From assembly GCF_009914755.1 (NCBI RefSeq), contig NC_060938.1: a DNA stretch of 64,000 nt; one strand, 5' to 3'. The translations under genes and the position numbers were made by a program. The notes under the pieces were generated by a model. That model did not search any database. It was not told the DNA's origin and was given only the letters and a program-made list of their open reading frames with translations. Below are positions 13,820 through 28,662 of the stretch, one piece after another; the first letter of the stretch is position 1; every line of letters begins with the position of its first letter. This DNA comes from the human T2T-CHM13v2.0 reference genome, Homo sapiens.

Positions 13820-13975
13820 TTGGTGACTATTTTTTAAAAAATGGTGATCATAGCAAAATGACAGGCAACCATTGGTTTCAGTGTGGGGATTAATTAGTAA
13901 TCTTTAGAATGTGCTTCAGCAAATGCAGCTGATTGGCAGTAGCATCTGTCTCAACAACTGACGGAATGTTAGTAC
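13820..13975. promoter_or_regulatory. Candidate enhancer: dense cluster of homeodomain, TALE, E-box and TEAD motifs
   Basis: TGACAG 13859, GGGATTA 13886, TAATTA 13891, CAGCTG 13926 overlapping TGATTGGCAG 13930, CATCTG 13943, GGAATGT 13963, all in non-repeat DNA. Motif evidence only. Confidence 0.4.
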
Positions 13976-14914
13976 TTTTATCAAGTAATTTTCAGAAGGG
14001 CTCCAAAGCTGTTTTACTAAACTCTCTCATATGAACTGCTTTCTTTGTCCTCTAGGGCATTGTTTTACTAAATATACCTATCCATGAATTAACTAATTAG
14101 TGAAAGGAGGGCTATAAAATTGTTATTTTTTTAATTTTAAAAAATGGACACAAATGTGATAGTCTGTGTATTCTTGTATTTGTGGGACCACCACTATGCT
14201 CACTGATCACACACCTATGTTCTCAGATGAAAAATTTATAAAGGATTGTGATTTTGCTGTATTGTTTTTGTAGTTCGTCTCATAAAACATGTCTCTTAAT
14301 TATGAAGAGTGATTTGTTAAAGTACAATAAACTGTGATTTAAAGGATTGATTAGTATAGTCAGCTTTCTAGAAAGGCAATTTACTTCTGCATTGCCAGGA
14401 ATTACTCTTCTTAGTTGAAATAGCCTTTTTACTAAACTGGTTCATATTTCAAAGGATATGCAGTTTAACATTCATTAACAGACAAGCCATCAATTTTATA
14501 TTGTTTGAAGAAAATATTATTTTTGCTTGTTATAAAAACAAGACAACTTCTAAGTGAGTATCTAATGAGGTTGTAGCACATCTCAGTAAAGATGAAATTT
14601 GCCTTAATCTGAATGTGTTATGGAAAAATTGAGTGTAAATATTTTCTAAAAATGAATTGATATGCTTTAATGAACTAGAGTAGCTTTCATTTAAAAAGTA
14701 CTTATATACTAATGTTTTTTTAAACAAATGAGCACATTATATTTAAAAATGTTTAATAAATATAATATATTTTAAATGAAAATTTAAATAGATACTGTTA
14801 AATGCTTGAAAATAGGGACAGTTATGGTGGTATACTTTCTGCTATATCTTCACAGTGCCTAACATCTACCAAATGTTTAATAAATAAATTTTCATATTTT
14901 AGTTCTATAATAGA

Positions 14915-15085
14915 GAAGTGCTTTGTGGATTTTAGCAGGATAGGGTTTAAAATCTGAGTAGGTTACTTGGTCTTGGAGAGCTTCAGTTTCTTTTCCTGTA
15001 AAACAGGTAAAACATACTTACCTCAAATGTGTATGTAATGCCTAACACAGTGCTTGGCACATAGTAGATGTTCAGTAAATATTTC
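14915..15085 (+). mobile_element. MIR fragment
   Basis: cttcagtttc..ctgtaaaa..tacttacctca..cacagtgcttggcacatagtag. Confidence 0.65.
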
Positions 15086-15539
15086 TGTATCATTTTAGTG
15101 CAATTGCACTGTTAGTAATCCATTCCATATCTGCCTGACTTTAATAAAAGACAATTTATGTGAAATTTCAGGTGAGAAGGGTATCAAGTCAGTGTCTTAA
15201 ATATTCTGTTCTTTTCTGCATTTTAGAGTAGATTTAATTGCATGGTGGTTTTATGAGTGTGATAGCGGTGGTGGTGGTGTTTGTGTGTATGTGCATTTGG
15301 TTTGGGGAAGTTAGATTGGGATGGTTAGAGTATTCATAGTGTTTGTTGTTTCTTTTTAGGACAGAAGAAAGGTAAAATCAGTGACAGTCTGGCTTAGGTC
15401 TTCACTTATTTTCTACAATGGGAATGGCAAAACAACTACTCCTTCTGTTGTTAAATGACCTCAAATAGAACGAGGACATTTGTTATGTAGGTTTTTTTGG
15501 AGATAGGGTAGATGATTAGAGGGATCATTTTAAAACATT

Positions 15540-15650
15540 TCTTCATTCATGAAACAAATATTCCTGATACATACCAACTACTGTACTAGGCACAGAAGAG
15601 TCAAATCTAAATAAAATGTGGTCTCTTAAATTATTCAGTCTCTATAATGG
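15540..15650 (-). mobile_element. L2 3'-end fragment
   Basis: ttcattcat..aaatatt..ctactgt..ctaggcac pattern. Confidence 0.5.
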
Positions 15651-18600
15651 CGTAAAGAAACTTCTATCTTTTCACGGAAAAATATTTCTGCTTTAGAAGA
15701 CTACTAATCTTACATGGTATTTTTGTTTTGCTTATGTAATAGTAGTAGTATTTGTAGATAATTTTATATAAAGCCATTTCTATATTACATTAGGAAATTT
15801 GGACTTATGTATAAGTTGTCATTGTTGGATAAAGTTCACTTATAGTGCCAAGTTAGGAATTCTTGGAAATTATTTTTGAAATTAGTAAAAGAAAGTGAGC
15901 TAAAATGCTCTATGCCTGAAAGTTTTTACAGAAAATTTCTTGCGAATACTGTTTTTCTTAAAATTAATGCAGACTCTTTTAAAGGAGGCAGGTTTTGTCT
16001 AATCAGATAGTCTCCTTGATGTTTTTCTTTTCTGATCTTTTTATAGAAACAGATATGGTTTGCTGGACACTATGTCCTCTTGGCAACAAATGGTAGTTTG
16101 GTAATAAGACAAGCATCAGAGAAATAATGTAAAAATAATACTTTTCAACATTGTATCACATTTATCAGTGCCCAAGGAAAAAATAAAACCTATAACAACA
16201 AAAACAAACAAAATAAACAAAATATTTTTCTTGTATTTTGCTTTTCCTTTAAGCTACTGGCATATTTCCCTATTTTCATTTGTCTTATAAGTTAATGAAA
16301 ATAATGTTTGCCTAGTGTTTCTTCTTCCTTCCATTCCCTCTTTGTATTCTGGCTTCTGTTTTCACCACTGTACTGAAGCTCCTCTGGGTATTGAAATTCC
16401 GTTCACTGGGAACGCTCTTTCTTCCCCTCCATTTCAGGGCTGTTTCAGCCTTCAGAGGTTCTCCCAAATTTCATTTCTTCCATGAACTCTGCTGAATGAA
16501 AATTCAAATGCTTGTCATATTCAGTAGAATCATATCGTACATGCATTTAATTTGCTTGAATTCAACTAAAGTTGAAAACAACAAAAGTAGCAAAAATGCC
16601 TCTCTTCTCCAAGGTAAAGAAAAATTTTGAAACAGCATAGATGCCAAATGTAAGCCACCTACTTAGGTGATCTGTTCCAATGCTAGAGGAGAAACTAGCT
16701 GAGTTAGATTTACATAAAGAGATTAAAATATGCACAGAACAATGTACAGTATACTTTATAGGCAATTTGAGGGATTTTTGAGGGGTTATTTTGACCTTTT
16801 TTTTTTTTTTTTTTGCCTTAATCTAACTTTAGAACGGAATCCTTGTGCATGTCACAGTATAGCTGTGTTGAACTAAGTCAGTCATATAATTTAGGACCCT
16901 TCTAGGTAACACTTTGATCTTTCTCAAATGTTTCACATGTGGAACTAACTGAGGGAAAATGACTAGCTTAGTTCCTTTCCTATTTTTATTTTTGCATTTT
17001 TCAGGGAGGGAAAAATTTGTACGAATGAAATTATAGTCAAAACAGTTTAAAGCAGAGGGAGACAATGCTGTTCCTTTTATGTTTTGTGTTCTCCTGTAGT
17101 TTTGAGACTCATGCCTTTCTCAAAAGTAATTGCATGTGACCACAAATATATCACTGTAGTTAGTGTCTATATGAGCCTTATTAGTTCTAAGCCAATACAA
17201 GGAATTTATAGGAATGCTTATTAAATATCCAGAGTTTAGTTGTAATTATATATTATTTGAGGATCTTTAATGATACTAACCTTTTACTAGTGATCTTTTA
17301 ATGGAAGATACTATTTCCTAATTTTTTTCCAACCTTTTCAAAATTGGTTACTTTTCATTTTTGAAGTTCTTAAGGAAAAATTTATATTGATATAATAAGA
17401 ATTCTAAAATTAGAGTTGAAATATTATTAAAGGACATTTTTCTGTGTGGAACACTAATTAGAGTATGTGTTTAAGGAGGAGATTACAAATGAATTTGGCT
17501 AACAAATCTTTAAGGAATTTCACTGTAGTAAACAGATTTTGATGAGTTTCCAGGGCTAATTTGCTAGAAACATTTTCAGAGACTTGGCTTGCCAAGTGAA
17601 GATGTATTTAGAGCCATTTTATTTCTAATGTTGAGCAAGAAACTTAAGCCCTTAGCTAGATAGTTATAGAAATTTGTCTTTGATGTTTTCAAGCATATCA
17701 TGTGTATTTGAGTAGAACTGAACGTTGCTGAAGAGCTAGAAAAATATGGTGCTGTGTCTGCAGGATGAAACCTCTTTTTTTATTTTGAAGAAGCCAGTTT
17801 TAGAAGAAAATTTTTGTGAAAATTGGTAATCTAACTATTAGGCATCACATTTTAAAAGACAAAGAGTGCTCTTAAAGGCTGATTTGTGCAAGTATGTCAC
17901 CATTAGAATGCTTAAAAGAGCCTACCATATATGTATCTTTTTTACCGTTATATTCTGCTTATTCCCAAACATACATTCAGAAAAAGAATGTAGTCTGATG
18001 ATTCTAATAGAGTTGGGAATCTGGGTCTTAGTCTTGTGCATTTTTTTCTACTGGCTGTTTCTTTAGTATATGTAGAATCAAATTACTTTACATTAAATTT
18101 GAGGGAAATTTTATGTATTTTTATGATACATTGTGAGTCAGTGGCTTATTTCCACTTAGTGGTCATGAAATGATAGCAAGTTAGACTTACTGTTTCAGTC
18201 TCCTCACTTATACACTCCCCCCTTCCTCATTGCACATGGTGAAAATGAAACATAGAGAAATTAAATGTTGCACCTCAGTTCATTCTAGTTTAGAGACAGT
18301 GCCAGGAGAAGTACATAGTTACATCTCAGCCTGTAGGCCCTGTCCCTCATTTGTCTTTTTACTGTTTACTTTACATTTTGAAAGAAATTAGAGAAAAATC
18401 ATTTATATGGGGAAAAATGAATTATACTTACCATGAAATTGTGTGCTACCAGGAAGTTATTACCATGCAGCTGCTGCAGTGATGACAGGCTGACATCACC
18501 CTATAATGACCAGAACAGCATAGTATAAAAATCTCTCTGCTTGCTTCTAAAATAAATTGAAAACAACTGAATTACCAAAGAAATGTTACTCAGAATGAAC

Positions 18601-19084
18601 AGCTTATAGACAGTGCCAGGTATATTCTTTAAGTACTCTATCCCATTGCAAAAATATGTGTAGGCACACACACTATTAGAAAATATATTCACATCCATAT
18701 ACATATGTACAAATAGACATATATGTATGTGTATATACATGCATACACAGCACACATGTCCACACATATTTAAATTATTAGAACATTACCAAAACAGAAA
18801 TAGTCATTCAGAATTACTTCAATTGATTTTCTAAAAGGCTGCTTGGAGATACTTTCTTTGGAAATAGTCACTAGAATTACAGTAGTTTAAAGCTACCAGA
18901 ATGAAATATTCTGGTTTCTGATTCCACTTAGTAAGGTAACATATTCTGTAGAATTTGACAGATTTAACATTGTGAGAGGACTCAGTTCATGAAACAAACA
19001 CTACCATCTTTTTTGTTGTTGTTGTAATTAAATGACCCTAAGAAATAAAAGTGGAATGCACAGTCTCACTGTAATGTGATTTAC

Positions 19085-19182
19085 TAGGATATGAGCTCCC
19101 TGAGGGCAGGGGCTTGATCTGTTTTGTTTCCTGATGTTCTTTTCAGTAGGTGGTTATATTTGTTGTATGAATGGATGATGAA
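19085..19182 (+). mobile_element. L2 3'-end fragment
   Basis: gagctccctgagggcagggg...tatttgttg..tgaatg. Confidence 0.55.
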
Positions 19183-19438
19183 TGCCACAGAGTAAGCACA
19201 ATGTTTTGTTATTTGAAATTTTGTTAAAATAACTACTAAGATGTCTGGAAAACACATTCACAGCCTAGGATGAAAAGCATCCATTGACTGTAATGAATAA
19301 GTGAAAAGAAAAAAATAATCAAAGTCTAGAGAAGGTAGAAATTTATTTCTTATGTACTCTCATAGTACACAAGACTATGTAACAAAATTCCAATTGTTTA
19401 CGCTTAGTAAGAGCATTTTAAAATTTATGGAAACGTGA

Positions 19439-19990
<552 letters not shown>

Positions 19991-21234
19991 AACAGACAAT
20001 TACACAGAGTTTAACAGGCTTACAGGGCTTATTGGCAAATATGTTGAAGATGAGGGTAGTTTGATGGATAAATGTCATTAAGCAAGATAGATCAATTAAA
20101 AGAGTTCTGAATTTAAAATTGTGTTAAAGGATTTGCAGAATCATTTAACCTATCGGCCTAAATTGTCAGCACTTTGTAATTACAACCTCTTCTATGGTAC
20201 TTAACAGAAAACCATATACTGATTGGTATAGAACTGGATTTTCATGTTTAGTATTTTTATTATTGTTTATCTCAACAATCTATATACTAATTGATTATTT
20301 TTATTGCCATTTTCATTAAATAATAATGTATTTTCTTTAATAGTGTTATTCTAAATGGTTTGTTGCATTCTAAATGTGTGTTTCTATTTTAACATAGTAT
20401 GTGTTTAGAGTTAACACAAAAGATACTCTGCTCTTTATTTGGTGAGAAAGCATAATGATAATATTTGTAGTGTATAGATTAACAGACAAATCTTAGTAAA
20501 TTATAAACAATTTTTTGTAGTAGCTTTTAAACTTTCTAAGAAAAGTTAAATAATACATTTCAGATTATTAAAAATACAGATTATTAAAAATACTGCCATG
20601 TATAACTACCCGTGTCAGCATTTGCATTGTTCTTCCAATGTTCCTATGTTGCTCTATATGGAAATGAGCTGAATTTTAGAAAACCTTTTTTCTCATAAGC
20701 TTATATTTTTTGACTAGCAAATGATGGAAATATAGGGCTCTAAGCTATATTTTAGAAAAGAAACAGGTTCCATTTTGTTACATTGTAGAGGAATAAAAAC
20801 ACTAATTATATATACTACTGAATGTACAGTTTGCATGCGTTTCCCCCCAGGTATGGGTATTACCTAAAGTTGCATGGTTTTCTGTGGTTCTTCTCACTAC
20901 ATTTTTACTTTTAAAGCCTTATTTCTTTATCAATTATATAACAACAGTAACAAAAACAGAAAGGGCTTTAGTTTTGTGCCGTACTTTTCAAAGTCAGGAA
21001 AATGTACCTGAATTACTTAATGGTATTTTTCAAGACTCAGTGCTAAGACCTCACTCTTTATATATTCCCCCACACCCATTTCTTATTCTTGTGACCTTGC
21101 CTGTCATTTTGATGCTGATAGCAAAATTTCTTTTGAGTTTATTTTATATTTCTAGCTGCCTTTACTGAACATTTCTACTTGGATATTTTATAGGCAGCAA
21201 TGGTGGATTGATTTAAACCACCATCTTAAACTCT

Positions 21235-22540
<1,306 letters not shown>

Positions 22541-22544
22541 CTTT

Positions 22545-22905
22545 TTATTAGTATGTTTTGCATTGCTATGAAGGAATACCTGAGACTGGATAATTCATTA
22601 AGGAAAGATGTTTATTTGGCTCATGGTTCTGCAGGCTGTATGAGGAAGCTTTTACTCATGGTGGATGGCACAGGGGGAGCAGGCACACGTGGCAAGAGAG
22701 GGAGCAAGAGAGAAGGAAGTACCTCTTAAAAACCAGCTCTCACGTGAACTAATAGAGAATTTGCTTATTGCTAAGGAAGGACACAAAGCCATTCATGAAG
22801 GCTCCAGTCCCATGACCCAAACACCTCCCACTAGGCCTCACCTTCAACATGAGGATTACATTTCAACATGAAATTTGGAAGGGACATGCATCCATCCTAC
22901 ATTAC
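22545..22905 (-). mobile_element. MST-family (MSTB-like) MaLR solo LTR
   Basis: cattgctatgaaggaatacctgagactgg...ggctcatggttctgcaggctgta...acacctcccactaggcc. Confidence 0.85.
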
Positions 22906-23219
22906 TCTTCCACCTTTCCCTTTCCTAGTTTTCCTGCCTCTGTTAATCAGCTCTCTCTGGTTTTCACATTTTGCTTCCCACCTCAGCTATAGCAGATTGC
23001 TACCGATTCTTGCAGTTTTAATTATAATTATTATTCTTTTTTCTCTTCCCCCCCATTATTACTCAGATCTAGACCATATTACTTTAACCTTAATCACTAA
23101 AATAGCTACCGACTTGACCTACTTGATTCTAGGCTCTTCTTTCTTTGGTGCTATTATATTTTTCTTTGCTGTAAATACATAGCCATTTTTTTTTCAAAAC
23201 TAACAAATATTCCATGATC

Positions 23220-23340
23220 TATTTTAAACATTTTATAATGAAAAATTTCAAAAATAGCAAAGTTGGAAAATAAGACAATGAATACTCACATGCCTAATAC
23301 CTAGATTCAATAATCTGTAATATTTTGGTATTACATCACA

Positions 23341-23391
<51 letters not shown>

Positions 23392-23830
23392 GCACTTTTT
23401 TTCCCCTGAACCGTTCTAAAGTAAATTACAATTTCCATGAAATTTTACTTTTAAATTCTTCATCTGGCATCTCTCACTGACCTTTTCCTGCATAGGACAT
23501 TCTCATACATAACCATAATGCCATAATCACACCGAACAATTAACAGAAATTCTCTAATATAGCTTAATACCCAGTCTATATTCAGATTTCCCCAATTGTT
23601 GCCAAAATGTTTCATGGCTGTTTTTTCCCTTCCAAATTAGTACTGAGCCAGTGACTCTCACTATGTTTATTAAACATCTTAATTCTGTCTTAATCTTGAA
23701 TAGCTCCCATCCACTTTATACTTTGTCATCTTTATTGTTGTTGTTTCTCGTGACATTGACCTACTGAAGAAACCAGGCCACTTGTCTTGCAGTATGTTTT
23801 TTTCTGATTTTTTCTCTGTGGCATTGTTCA
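23220..23830 (-). mobile_element. Ancient L1ME-type 3' end containing a (CA)n tract at ~23337-23383
   Basis: tataatgaaaaatttca..., aaggacattctc-like segment, aaccaggcca..tgtcttg. The CA repeat is read directly. Confidence 0.6.
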
Positions 23831-23975
23831 ATAGTAGTTTTTTTATAGCCATAAATATAAAATATACCCATTTTATACCCATTTTGGACAATTCAGAAAA
23901 TAGTGCAACAAAGATAAATAATTTCATCACCTAGGGATAGTTTTTCTTTAGTTTTCTTTTGCAGTTGCAGATTTA

Positions 23976-24281
23976 CTTTATTTTATTATGTTTTATTTGA
24001 GACAAGATCTTGCTCTGACACTCATGCTGGAGTACAGTGGCACAATCACAGCTCACTGCAGCCTTGATCTCCTGGGCTCAAGTGATCCTCCTGCTTCAGC
24101 CTCCTGAGGAGCTGGGACTACAGGTGAACACCACCATGCCTGGCTAATTTTTTTTTTTTTTTTTTGTAGAGATGGCTCACTATGTTGCCCAGGCTGGTCT
24201 CAAGCACCTGGGCTCAAACTATCATCCCACCTTGATCTTTCAAAATGTTAAGACTACAGGCATAAGCCACTGTGCCTGGCT
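23976..24281 (-). mobile_element. AluJ
   Basis: cacagctcactgcagccttg, ctgggctcaagtgatcctcc, ctatgttgcccagg. Confidence 0.9.
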
Positions 24282-24961
24282 CTTAGGCAGATTTTAAAAA
24301 TAGTTTAGAGCATAATGATCATGTACTTAACATTTTACTAATTTCTCTTTAAACATGATTTTAAATGGCTGCACACTGTTTTATGTTATAATTGAACTGA
24401 TGTTTACTTAAACTGATGTTTACTTATTGATTGAACATTTAGTTTCCTTTTAGTTTTTGACAATATAAACTGTGATGAACAGACATGAATAAGAATTTGA
24501 TTATATTTCTCATTGCTTTCTTATAAATTATTACAGATGGTATTACTAGGTCAAAATATGTGAAGATTTTAAAGGTTTACTAAATTGCTTTTCATCCAGA
24601 AAGCAATTCCATAATTTGCTCTCTTACCAGCAGTGTATTCACGCTCTCTTTTCATATTAAACATTATTTATTTATCATTTATTTAGTAATATGCTGGAGA
24701 TAAAACATTCTGACATTGTTTTGACAGTTCTGATTTCTTACCCATTTGAGTTCAAATTAGCCTTGGAGTATTTTCTAGCTGTAATTTAAGCTATCTATAC
24801 TGATTCATTCTCTGCCCACCCTTCTTTCTCCATATTCCTGTCTCTGCTCAGGTTTACTTATTGTCTCAGGACACAACATACTGCTCTGGTAATATCGCTG
24901 TCCTCCCCATTGCCTTGCTTTTGTAGACTTTGTCCTCTGAGGTCTGGCACAAGTTGCACTG

Positions 24962-25120
24962 TTTCATTCTTCCATCTTTTATTGATTCTTCCTCTCAATA
25001 TTCTTCCTCTCAATATTCTTTTTCTTCCTATTCTATCTTTTTCTCCCCCTTGATATTCTATCTTTTTTTCTGTTCTGTCTTTTTCATTCTTCCATCTTTT
25101 ATTGATTCTTCCTCTCAATA
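24962..25120. repeat. 39-bp perfect direct repeat (24962-25000, 25082-25120) plus a 15-bp tandem copy in a pyrimidine-rich tract
   Basis: tttcattcttccatcttttattgattcttcctctcaata occurs twice; ttcttcctctcaata is repeated at 25001. Confidence 0.9.
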
Positions 25121-25914
25121 CTCTATAGCACTTAAGTCTATACCATACCATTTGGCACCCAACCAAATTTAATTCAAATATAACTTATAATTAGTATATC
25201 ATGCACTTTGAGTTCTTTAATTTGAATCCTCCTTTTTCTGATAATTTAGAATAATATCTATCACCCTTACTGTTTGGGTGGAAATATCACCAATAAGCAC
25301 TTTTCATCTAAAAAACTTTTAAACACCCTTTTCCTCCCAGTCACTTAAAACCCTTAATACTTTCTCATGTGACCTGTTAAGCCATTATCTGCTCTGTTGG
25401 TGATTTTAAAAATTTAAAAAACATATCAATGAGTGTAAGTCATTGTTCTCTAAGTTCTGCCCCAGCTTTAGGCTTGAGAACCATGGCATCTATCTCATGA
25501 GTTTTTTCCGAGGGAAAGATAGATGGAATGTTGGAAGGGCAGTTTGTGTGTCATTTATGAACTTTGTCTTATCGTACTTATGGCAAACAGAACTACCACT
25601 GAGTAATGTTTATTTCTCTCTAAATGTTATAGTTTTAAAAAATACTCCTTTTTGAGCCTATGGTATTTTATGTACCTGAGCTACTAGAATTTATATAAAA
25701 AATTGGTTTAAACCACCTAGGATTTACTTACGGCCATTAAAACTTTTAAATTGAACAACCATGATTATATTATTTAAAAATAGGATATTAAAAGGCAGTG
25801 TGTGGAACCCACACTGGGCAGTAATTGAGAGATCTAACTCTATGTGACCTTAGAAAAATTTACATTTTGAGGATAATAGCTTCCATATCCACAAAATGAA
25901 GGTGTTAGGGGAAA

Positions 25915-26168
25915 AAAGCACAGGCTTTACAATCTGACAGACTTGGCTTTTAATCATCAAACTGCCATTAACTACAGTATGATCTTGCTCAGTCACAATA
26001 TCTAACCCCCGTTTCCTCATTCATAAAGTATGATTAAGTACCATTAATAGTACTTAATCGTACTTTATTAAATAGTAACGTTTCATGAAATTATTGTGGA
26101 TGCTGAGATATACATACAAAACCCTTTAGCATAGTGCCTAGCACAGAATAAATAATGTTAACTATTCT
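25915..26168 (+). mobile_element. MIR (near full length, degenerate)
   Basis: ctgacagacttgg..ctgccattaac..gtttcctcat..ttagcatagtgcctagcaca. Confidence 0.7.
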
Positions 26169-26914
26169 TATTCAGTGACCTTTTTGGCTATTGTAAATGA
26201 TGTCCCCACAAACTTCAGAGAAGACTTTGAATTATAAGACATCATAACTTTAGTAATTTGGGTATTGTTGCTAATGTTTAGGTAATGATTAGTTTTAGTA
26301 TGTTGTTTTCCAGTGCAATTACTTAAGAAAGCTTGTCTTCCTTAAGTATTATCTTCCTTGGAAGGTAATCCAGCTCTTGAAAATACCCATTCTGTGTGAG
26401 CCTTTCTGGACCTTGCTGTCTAATTTCTGAAATGCACACGGAGTGTTGGTGAGACTGTAAATGTACTTCTTTAATTGTCACAGTATTTTTCCTTTCCCTC
26501 ACTTACCCTCCTCTCTTTTACTCCTCTCCCCTCCCTTTTACCCCCATAGCTAAAACATGTGACACCAATGCTGGACATTTTTTATCAAATGGCAGGAGAA
26601 TTTAGTGTCTGACAATTTATGAAGAAGACACTTTGAAATAGGGATGTCAGAACAAGTCTCAAAATATCCCACTCAGGCACTGTCTTCTTAACCTATGCAA
26701 TGCTCTCTGAATCATTGGTCTGAAATTGGATTATTCTATGATAGTATAAGATTTAGCTTAACAGTTTCATGTTTATTTAGAAAGGCTGTGGAACATGGAG
26801 GTTAGGGGTTAAAATACTATGAATGAAATTTCTGACATTACACTTTTTTTCTCTTTTTCCTGTGTATTTTAATTCTAGCAAAGCAAATGAGGAAATTAGA
26901 ATATCCAAAACTCA

Positions 26915-27795
26915 TTTAAAAAAATTGTGGTAAAATACATGTAACATAAAAGTTCATGTAATCCCTTTTAACTGTACATTTCTGTGACATTAAGTACATC
27001 CAAATTGTTCTGCATCTATCACCACCGTTCATTTCCAAAAATTTCTCATCTTCCTCAACTCAACCTGTACCCATGAAACACTAACTGCTCTTTCCCATGT
27101 TCCTAGTCTATGGTAACCACTGATCTACTTTCTGTCTCCATGAATTTGACTACTTTGGAACCTTCTATTAGTGGAGTCATATACTTTTTGTCCTTTTATG
27201 CCTGGCTTATTTCATTTATCATAATATCTTCAGGTCCATCCATGTTGTCATATGTCAAAATTTCCTTCCTTTCAAAGACTGAATAATACTCTATTGTATT
27301 TATGTGTATATACACACCACATATTGTTTATTCATTTATTACTTGATGGACACTGCGTTGCTTCCACATTTTTGCTACTGAAAATAATGCTGCTGTAAAT
27401 ATGCATTGGTGTACAAATATTTCTTTGAGACCCTGCTTTCACTTTCGGGTATATACCCAGAATCCATCCAATTGTTGGATCATGTGGTAATTCTGTTTTT
27501 AATTTTTTGAGGACGTGCCATACCGTTTTCCACAGCAGCTATACCGTTTTACATTCCCACTAGCAATGCACAAGAGTTCAGTTTCTCTATATCTTCACAA
27601 ACATTTAGCATTTTCTGTTTTTCTTTTTAATAATAGCCATCTTAAATAGCCATGGGTGTGAAGTGGTATCTCACTGTGCTTTGACTTGCATTGCCCTAAT
27701 GACTAGTGATATTGAGCATCTTTTCATATACCTATTGGCAATATGTATATCTTATGTGGTGAAATCTCTGTTCAAATCCTTCGCCTGTTTTTGGT
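26915..27795 (-). mobile_element. Old L1 (L1MB-type) 3' end
   Basis: attgtggtaaaatac..., ctgtctccatgaatttgactact, gggtatatacccagaa. Confidence 0.85.
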
Positions 27796-28662
27796 GAAGT
27801 ACTTTTGACATTACAGTGTCAGAGGTGCCTATTACAACGTGCCTGTAAACTAGCTAGGATGATGCTACATACTATTGAACTTGTTGAAGAGAGAAACTGT
27901 AATCCAGATGCAAGGATCTTCAATGGTTGTTTCTCACTGCTACAATTGTATTTTATGACTTTTAAGTCATGACTTTTACCTTTTTTAAAATAATAAAATA
28001 GATAATGTGTACTGTGCATCCAACTTAGTAATTTAGGGGAAAAAGGAAACTAAGGGATGTAGCAACAAAAAAATTTATAAACTAGAAATTGGAGGAATTA
28101 ATAACTGCAAGAATGGTTTATAAAAAGTTATGAAATAGAGAAATTGATAGAACTATACCAAGAAAAACAAGAGAACTAGGGTTAAAATCAGCAAACACAG
28201 ACTATATAAAATGTAGGTATTTTTATAAATTAGAATTCTATGCCCACGTGGATGATAGATATGTAAATCTCAATGTAATGATATATACCTGAGTGGCACT
28301 TTATTTTGCTCAAATATGATCTGTAGGGTCTTTGTATTTTAGTTATCCAGTAGTTCTTTCTTCTCAGAAAAATAGAGTGGATGTTTTCATCCAATTTAGT
28401 TTTCAGCATAAAATTTTCTTATTTTATTTGTATATGTGTGTGTGATGTGAAATAAATACACATTTGGTAAGTTAGTTTGATATCATGTAAAGACTTCAGA
28501 GAATAGATATTTATGTGGCACAACTTTGCAGAGAATAATTTTATTAGCTTTCTTCCCTAATTTGAGCTTTCAAAAAAAACAAAAACAAAAACACTGATTA
28601 CCGAAAATGTCAAAGTTGTTTAGTAAAAATAGAAAAATGTGAGGATAGACTATGCTTGTACA

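Noticed and set aside
18690-18770. Purine-pyrimidine alternating tract as a Z-DNA element
   Set aside because: AT-rich and frequently interrupted; a decayed microsatellite.
24858-25172. Repetitive peptides on both strands (RILRGRINKRWKNE)
   Set aside because: Produced by the local DNA duplication.
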